A program made the position numbers and the translations under genes. A stretch of 64,000 nt of DNA. Source: a virus (Duplodnaviria > Heunggongvirae > Uroviricota > Caudoviricetes). Below the pieces are notes generated by a model. It had not been told where the DNA came from and made no database searches. It saw only the letters and a program-made list of their open reading frames with translations. The stretch covers positions 258,820 through 322,819 of IMG/VR virus record IMGVR_UViG_3300031994_000003. One strand, given 5' to 3'. Position 1 is the first letter of the stretch, and the number at the start of each line of letters is the position of its first letter. Shown here piece by piece: positions 58,802-64,000 of this stretch.

Positions 58802-60421
58802 TTAGTTTCCAAATTTACCAAGTTTTCTTACATTACCTTTTGGTGTAGAAGAATTAATATATTGACTTCTATCTTTTATAAATTCAGAACCATTTCCTAC
58901 AACAGATAATGGTCGTTCTTCATAGAAATCTTCTGTTAATCTTAAATCATTTTCATTAACAAATCTAACTTGGAATTGATTTATGACTGGCATTGGGCCA
59001 CGAGATGCAATACAATTAAACATTAAATACTTATCACTATATTCAACTGTTCCATCTTCACGTAATCTTTGATTTACCAATCTACTTAATATAAATGCCA
59101 TATCACAGTTTTGAATAACGTCAATTGAGTCACCAGTTTGAGATGCACCCATACGTCCTGCAATTGCTGCTTTTTCTTCATAACTATCTGCTTGCTCAAT
59201 CATCTTATAAGCTTCACGATTCATTTGATGTGCAGTTAAAACAGGAATATCTTTTAATTTAGCTAACATTGATAAATCATTAACAACTTCACCTAAATCT
59301 ATATATGTGTTACCTTTCTTATCTGGATGCTCTGGACGAATTCTTTTAATATAGTCAAATACAAAGAATACAACTTCTTTTCCTTCTTTTTCAAGATCAT
59401 CAAATATAGTATATAAATCTCTTGTATTAATTGATTTATTAGGTCTAAATTTTATTTCCAATGCAACAGATTCTTTATCATCTGGAGTAATAATATTTGA
59501 GTCTTTCATCATCTTTGCAATATCTTTTGCAGTATAATTACTTGCCTTAAAATTATTACCAAATGCATAACAGTTAATTCTTTTAAATGTTTCCTTCAAA
59601 CTATTTTCCATTGTTAGATATAAAACAACTGGTTGTTTTGTAGGGTCTTTTGGTTTTAACTTATTATATTTTTTTGCATGAATTGCAGCATTTAATAATA
59701 AACCTGATTTGAAACCTTTTGCCATACCTAATGCAAGATAGCAACGACCGTGTTCCCATCCTCCATCTAGCATCATATTTAAGTGTTTAATTCCTGTTTT
59801 AATTTTTGCAGATGGATTTGCTTCTTCATTAATCAATTCTTGTTGAATTGATAAAACTGTATCCATATCTCCTAAAGATATATCATATTTATTTTCTTCA
59901 ATAGTTTCTCTAGCATCTCTAATATTATTGGTAGTCTTATTTAATACTTCATATAATTTAGCCATTTCATCATCTAGATTATCATATGCTTCAGCTTTAA
60001 TATTATTAATTATTTCAATAATATCATCACTTGATTTCTCTAATGAAGCATATTTTAATTGTTGTGACACTGCCTCATCAACAGATGTTAATTCTGCTGC
60101 AGATAATTGTGCATTAAAAATAACATTCATTAATTCAGTGCAATCTGCAGAATATTTACCATCTAATTGTAAGTTACTTAATACTGCTTCTTTAGTATCT
60201 AAATTCTTATTTAATATTAAATTAGTTATCTGATTAATTAAGAATACTCTATATTCTTTTTCATAATCAGACTTATATGATGCTGGATTAAAAGATTTGA
60301 ATAATCTATTAATATTTGAAACTAATCTTTTATTATCAGTATTTTCTAATAATGCAATAATAGTTCTATCTAACATTGCAGAATTAAATCTTAAATTAAT
60401 TCTTTCTTCTGATGTTCTCAT
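58802..60421 (-). CDS. dnaB: DnaB-like replicative helicase (jumbo-phage type)
   Basis: IKTGIKHLN.MLDGG, Walker A variant GMAKGFKS, VLYLTMENS..ET..R, FVFDYI, IPVLTAHQMNR, GDSIDVIQNCD. Confidence 0.85.
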   Translation of the reverse strand: MRTSEERINLRFNSAMLDRTIIALLENTDNKRLVSNINRLFKSFNPASYKSDYEKEYRVFLINQITNLILNKNLDTKEAVLSNLQLDGKYSADCTELMNVIFNAQLSAAELTSVDEAVSQQLKYASLEKSSDDIIEIINNIKAEAYDNLDDEMAKLYEVLNKTTNNIRDARETIEENKYDISLGDMDTVLSIQQELINEEANPSAKIKTGIKHLNMMLDGGWEHGRCYLALGMAKGFKSGLLLNAAIHAKKYNKLKPKDPTKQPVVLYLTMENSLKETFKRINCYAFGNNFKASNYTAKDIAKMMKDSNIITPDDKESVALEIKFRPNKSINTRDLYTIFDDLEKEGKEVVFFVFDYIKRIRPEHPDKKGNTYIDLGEVVNDLSMLAKLKDIPVLTAHQMNREAYKMIEQADSYEEKAAIAGRMGASQTGDSIDVIQNCDMAFILSRLVNQRLREDGTVEYSDKYLMFNCIASRGPMPVINQFQVRFVNENDLRLTEDFYEERPLSVVGNGSEFIKDRSQYINSSTPKGNVRKLGKFGN

Positions 60422-60900
60422 TATTGTATTCCTGCTCCTTCATTTGGTGAATAGATATAAAGTCTTGGAATTCTTGTGAATTCTCCTTCTCCATAAGTAA
60501 TTGTCTCTAGAACAACTACTGCCCAATCTGCAGGAGATGTGATTATACTTCTTTCTTCAGATACTATTTCAACTAATGTTTCAATAACTTCTTCTCCAGC
60601 ATATAAATCTGTTTTTTCATTAATTATATACTCAATATTTTCAGTATATGTATAAGAACCAGTATAAATACCATTAGATGGACCATCTATATGAATATTA
60701 TTTGTATTATTAATTGTTAAATCTGATTCAAATAATTCTAGATCTTCTTGAAAATAAATATTTACTGAATCTTCTTGATTAAATTCAAATTCTTCAAATA
60801 CTGTATTAATATGTGCTAATATATCTTCTGGAATTTCAATATTGTTTGATGTAAAATAGTTTATAACCTGTTTCTTTAATACTTCATTCTCATTACTCAT
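60421..60900 (-). CDS. Acidic hypothetical protein
   Basis: 159 aa; overlaps both neighbours (sbcD stop, helicase start), consistent with an operon. Confidence 0.75.
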   Translation of the reverse strand: MSNENEVLKKQVINYFTSNNIEIPEDILAHINTVFEEFEFNQEDSVNIYFQEDLELFESDLTINNTNNIHIDGPSNGIYTGSYTYTENIEYIINEKTDLYAGEEVIETLVEIVSEERSIITSPADWAVVVLETITYGEGEFTRIPRLYIYSPNEGAGIQ

Positions 60901-62035
60901 CTTTATCTTCTTCGCTCCCTATTGCTTTCTTAATATCATCTATTGTTATTGTTTCAGATACTGGATTATCTTTTAATTCCTCTTTAATAAATTTTAATAT
61001 TACATCTTCAATTTCCATTGTGCCTTTTAAGATATAATCCCATTTATTAAATTCATCTGAATTTTCATGTAATATAGATGTTTTTTGTTCTACTTTTTTA
61101 ATTTTAATTTTAGGATCATTTTTATATGCTAGTTTAATAATTTCTGCTTTATCTAAACTAATATTATCAAGATCTAATCTAAAATTATCATATTTATCTG
61201 CTAATGGTGCAATTGCTTCTTTGATATCATTAACAGAACAAGTATTAAGGTCTAAACCTAATTTTGATACATCAATTGTTCCATATTTTGGACATAATAA
61301 ATTATTTACAAGTCTTATATTATAATATTGCTTTTCAGTATCATACGTATAATATGCAAATCCTCTTTCAGAAATATCTGTAAAATCCCATGCTGAAAAT
61401 GCACCAGGATAATAGAATTTGTGTCTATAAACAATTCGCTTATGTATATGACCAAACATTGCAAAGCCATGAGGAATAGTTGGTTCCCAATCTGCAATTT
61501 TTAATACTGGACAAGTTTCATGTGCTGAGTAATCTCCTTTTTCTATTAGAGACTTTACTGCAGCAAACTCCCACATACCATGACCGAATATAGCATTATA
61601 TGTCTTCTTTTTATATTCTCCATAGTATTCATCTGCATTTACTGGGTATTCTTCAGGCATATATAATACTTTAAAATTTGGAAATAATTCTTCTTCTGAA
61701 ACATTATTAATGATTTTCATATCAAGATATCTTGATTCGAATCGTTTAAACATTTCAGTTTGATTTCTTTCATGTCCTAAAGTTCCATGAATTATTCTAA
61801 GCTTAATTTTGTTTTTAATGCAAAGTTCCCTAAGCTCATAGAAAAATTGCATTGCTAATAAAGCCGCTGGCTCGCCAAAACTTAATTTTCTATCAAAGAA
61901 GTCTCCATTTATATGTATAACATCTAATTTGTTTTTACTAATGAAGTCTTTTACTATTGATAGCTCATCATAGATTCTCGCATCGGGACCAACGCCAAAG
62001 TGTATATCACTGATACACAAACCTTTTACTATCAT
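60893..62035 (-). CDS. sbcD: SbcD/Mre11-like metallophosphoesterase nuclease
   Basis: ISDIHFG, NGDFFD, HGTLGHE, FGHG, FGHIH, YYPGAF; RBS AAAGGA favours ATG 62035 (track: 62113). Confidence 0.85.
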   Translation of the reverse strand: MIVKGLCISDIHFGVGPDARIYDELSIVKDFISKNKLDVIHINGDFFDRKLSFGEPAALLAMQFFYELRELCIKNKIKLRIIHGTLGHERNQTEMFKRFESRYLDMKIINNVSEEELFPNFKVLYMPEEYPVNADEYYGEYKKKTYNAIFGHGMWEFAAVKSLIEKGDYSAHETCPVLKIADWEPTIPHGFAMFGHIHKRIVYRHKFYYPGAFSAWDFTDISERGFAYYTYDTEKQYYNIRLVNNLLCPKYGTIDVSKLGLDLNTCSVNDIKEAIAPLADKYDNFRLDLDNISLDKAEIIKLAYKNDPKIKIKKVEQKTSILHENSDEFNKWDYILKGTMEIEDVILKFIKEELKDNPVSETITIDDIKKAIGSEEDKDE

Positions 62036-62056
62036 TAGATCATTCCTTTCTCGATC

Positions 62057-62068
62057 TAATATATTGTT
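62057..62068 (-). promoter_or_regulatory. Putative late promoter AACAATATATTA
   Basis: AACA-N6-TA, 21 nt upstream of ATG 62035. Confidence 0.55.
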
Positions 62069-62124
62069 ACATATTAAATTTTTAAAAAAGTTTTGATAAA
62101 TGTGCCTCTTCATTTATCTATAAG

Positions 62125-62132
62125 ATAATATA
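62125..62132 (-). promoter_or_regulatory. Putative early promoter, context TATATATTAT-C-TTATAGA
   Basis: Same extended motif as 58246 and 58720. Confidence 0.6.
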
Positions 62133-62164
62133 TAAATAAGGAAGATATCTCTTCCTTATTTATA
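62131..62164 (-). terminator. Hairpin/terminator after 62156-63148
   Basis: Perfect 15-bp stem TATAAATAAGGAAGA/TCTTCCTTATTTATA, loop TATC; weak U tract. Confidence 0.6.
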
Positions 62165-63148
62165 AATGTTTATAATGCTTTCACCATTATAATAAATTCG
62201 TGTTAATGTATTTAATGTTGATATAGCATTAGTATAATATCTAGTTCTAGATGTAGGATCACCAAATAAATGTTCTGATTGACCAACATAAAACTTTGTT
62301 CCTGTACTTCCTAATTTAATATATTGCTCTGGTATTACTATACCATCAGCAGCGAAATAGTGTTCATGATATTTATTTAATAAATATTTTGGATATTGAA
62401 TTATATAATTATGTTTATTTCCATTGAATGATGTTTCAATAACATTCATAGCAATCTTTACACCACGAATTACTAAAAATGCTTTTAAATCAGCATTTGC
62501 ATTCTCTATATGAATAAATGGATATGGATTTAAATATTTAATTCTATTTCCGTCAGAAACATTTAATTGAATTTCAATACCTTTAGCACCCTTTTTATTT
62601 CCTGATGTATAATTAGGATCTAGTATTGTATTAAAGAAATTAACCATTTTTTCTTTATTTTGGTATTCGTTTGTTTTTACAGCACGGTCTAGGTTATCTT
62701 CTATTTCAAATACAGAAATATTATTTGGAATCTTTTCAACTATATCATATGGATTAGTTACCACATTATTAGTATAAAAATTTATAGGATTTGTATTAAT
62801 ATCATGACCATTACGATAATGTTCAATTTGCATAAATAAATTACGTTCATTTAAATATGCAACATTATAAAATCCTGATTCTGCTATTTCATCATCTACA
62901 CCAAGATATTCCATATATATTCCTGCTGGAATATATTTATTAAATTCAGGATAATGTTGTTTATCCGCATTATTTATACTATATGTACCTTTATATTTAT
63001 TTTCTGCTTTCCATGATTTTGAATTATATGACCATATAGGATTTCCATTAGAATCAATTGTTTTAGAAATTAATGTTGGAACATTTGCTAATTTATATTT
63101 AAAATTTGCAAATCTATAAGTATCTAATAATTTTATTATTTTAGCCAT
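62156..63148 (-). CDS. Hypothetical protein
   Basis: 330-aa ORF; start overlaps the upstream stop. Confidence 0.75.
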   Translation of the reverse strand: MAKIIKLLDTYRFANFKYKLANVPTLISKTIDSNGNPIWSYNSKSWKAENKYKGTYSINNADKQHYPEFNKYIPAGIYMEYLGVDDEIAESGFYNVAYLNERNLFMQIEHYRNGHDINTNPINFYTNNVVTNPYDIVEKIPNNISVFEIEDNLDRAVKTNEYQNKEKMVNFFNTILDPNYTSGNKKGAKGIEIQLNVSDGNRIKYLNPYPFIHIENANADLKAFLVIRGVKIAMNVIETSFNGNKHNYIIQYPKYLLNKYHEHYFAADGIVIPEQYIKLGSTGTKFYVGQSEHLFGDPTSRTRYYTNAISTLNTLTRIYYNGESIINIYK

Positions 63149-63474
63149 TATTCTTCCACATCCCTAAAAGATACAGATTCTATATTAACTGTCTGTAAAT
63201 TTTTAGTTTTTGATTCTAATCTATTGTATTCATTTTGATAGAACTTTAATGTTCCATAATCATCACTATATGATGCTAAATATAAATTATTTTCATCAGT
63301 ATCATCTACAACAATATATAATTTGTTGTTATTATCTCTTAATAATGTTCCATTACTGTAGTTATTAGTTGCTTTAGAAATATAATATGCATAATTAATA
63401 CTATCTTCAGTATTATCAGATGGAATATGAACTTGTCCATCAATATCTTGAACAATATTTAATAATCTCTTCAT
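63148..63474 (-). CDS. Hypothetical protein
   Basis: 108-aa ORF with RBS AAGGAG. Confidence 0.7.
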   Translation of the reverse strand: MKRLLNIVQDIDGQVHIPSDNTEDSINYAYYISKATNNYSNGTLLRDNNNKLYIVVDDTDENNLYLASYSDDYGTLKFYQNEYNRLESKTKNLQTVNIESVSFRDVEE

Positions 63475-63485
63475 AATAAGTCTCC

Positions 63486-64000
63486 TTAATACATTATTTG
63501 ATATGATTTAATTGCATTTGTATTATTTTCTAAAGTATAATTTAAATTAACTACTGATGTGTCTTCATTATAGAAATAATATGGTAGATGTATATAATAA
63601 TATTTATTAATTGGCTCTCCATTGTCATCGAAAGCAGGTAATGCCCTTGGAGTACATGAGTATTCTATTTTTTCTATAACATTATTCTTTTTAATAACAA
63701 GATTTATTGGGTTATCATTATCTAATTCAAACACAATAGCCATAAAACGATCTGTAATATTATTGCTATTTGTATATTCAATCATATCTTCATAAGAATT
63801 TAAATACATTGCCATAATAGAATCTTTTATGTTTTTTATACTTAATTCTAGATTTTGATACTTTTCTTGCATTTGTTGTGAATAAGATTTATCTTCAGTA
63901 TTATCATTTGGAATATCTGTATATCCATAAAAATATTCTAAATTAGTCTTAACATCTGTTAATGCACTATTGTATTCACTTATAATATTTTCAGAAGATG
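63486..64000 (-). CDS. Hypothetical protein, 5'-truncated by the window edge
   Basis: The frame stays open from 63998 (SSENIISEYNSAL...SQQMQEKY...), so the ORF-track ATG at 63872 is probably internal. Confidence 0.75.
   Translation of the reverse strand, partial: SSENIISEYNSALTDVKTNLEYFYGYTDIPNDNTEDKSYSQQMQEKYQNLELSIKNIKDSIMAMYLNSYEDMIEYTNSNNITDRFMAIVFELDNDNPINLVIKKNNVIEKIEYSCTPRALPAFDDNGEPINKYYYIHLPYYFYNEDTSVVNLNYTLENNTNAIKSYQIMY

Noticed and set aside
1443-61497. Numerous 60-220-aa ORFs antisense to or overlapping long genes (e.g. 3713-4057, 26327-26668, 45488-46147, 53675-54184, 59928-60233)
   Set aside because: They are shadows of the real genes in AT-rich, repetitive codon patterns, with no RBS, promoter motif or protein-like composition.
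1-64000. Stop-codon reassignment (code 4 or 15)
   Set aside because: The standard code gives near-complete coverage with ORFs up to 2797 aa, and TAG ends genes cleanly before the next RBS or promoter (16911, 44611, 46692).
1-64000. tRNA, rRNA, introns, inteins, transposases or integrases
   Set aside because: Intergenic gaps are short and explained by promoters and terminators; no cloverleaf, splice-junction or recombinase motifs were recognised.

Overview
This is a very AT-rich, densely coding (standard code) segment of a large tailed phage genome, most consistent with an AR9/PBS1/phiKZ-like jumbo myophage. About 45 kb is a late tail-fibre/adhesin region: a 2797-aa LamG + CotH-kinase + LRR/BspA protein, three >2000-aa repeat-rich fibres (one with a C-terminal S74 chaperone), several smaller receptor-binding proteins and a gp53-like baseplate gene. 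Interleaved with these are two lipoproteins, a PL1 pectate lyase, two PLOD-type glycosyltransferases, a degenerate AAA_33 protein and a short UDP-glucose dehydrogenase. The right end encodes a DnaB-like helicase and an SbcD/Mre11 nuclease. Two phage-type promoter motifs partition the genes. AACA-N6-TA (matching the AR9 late, non-virion-RNAP consensus) precedes structural operons, and TATATTAT (close to the phiKZ early consensus TATATTAC) precedes isolated small genes. The most unusual structure is a head-to-head pair of paralogous fibre-tip genes (40515-43329) with three nested imperfect inverted repeats, one intact late promoter and one single-base-variant copy, a candidate receptor-switching locus. 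All family calls come from reading motifs by eye; no database or HMM search was run.
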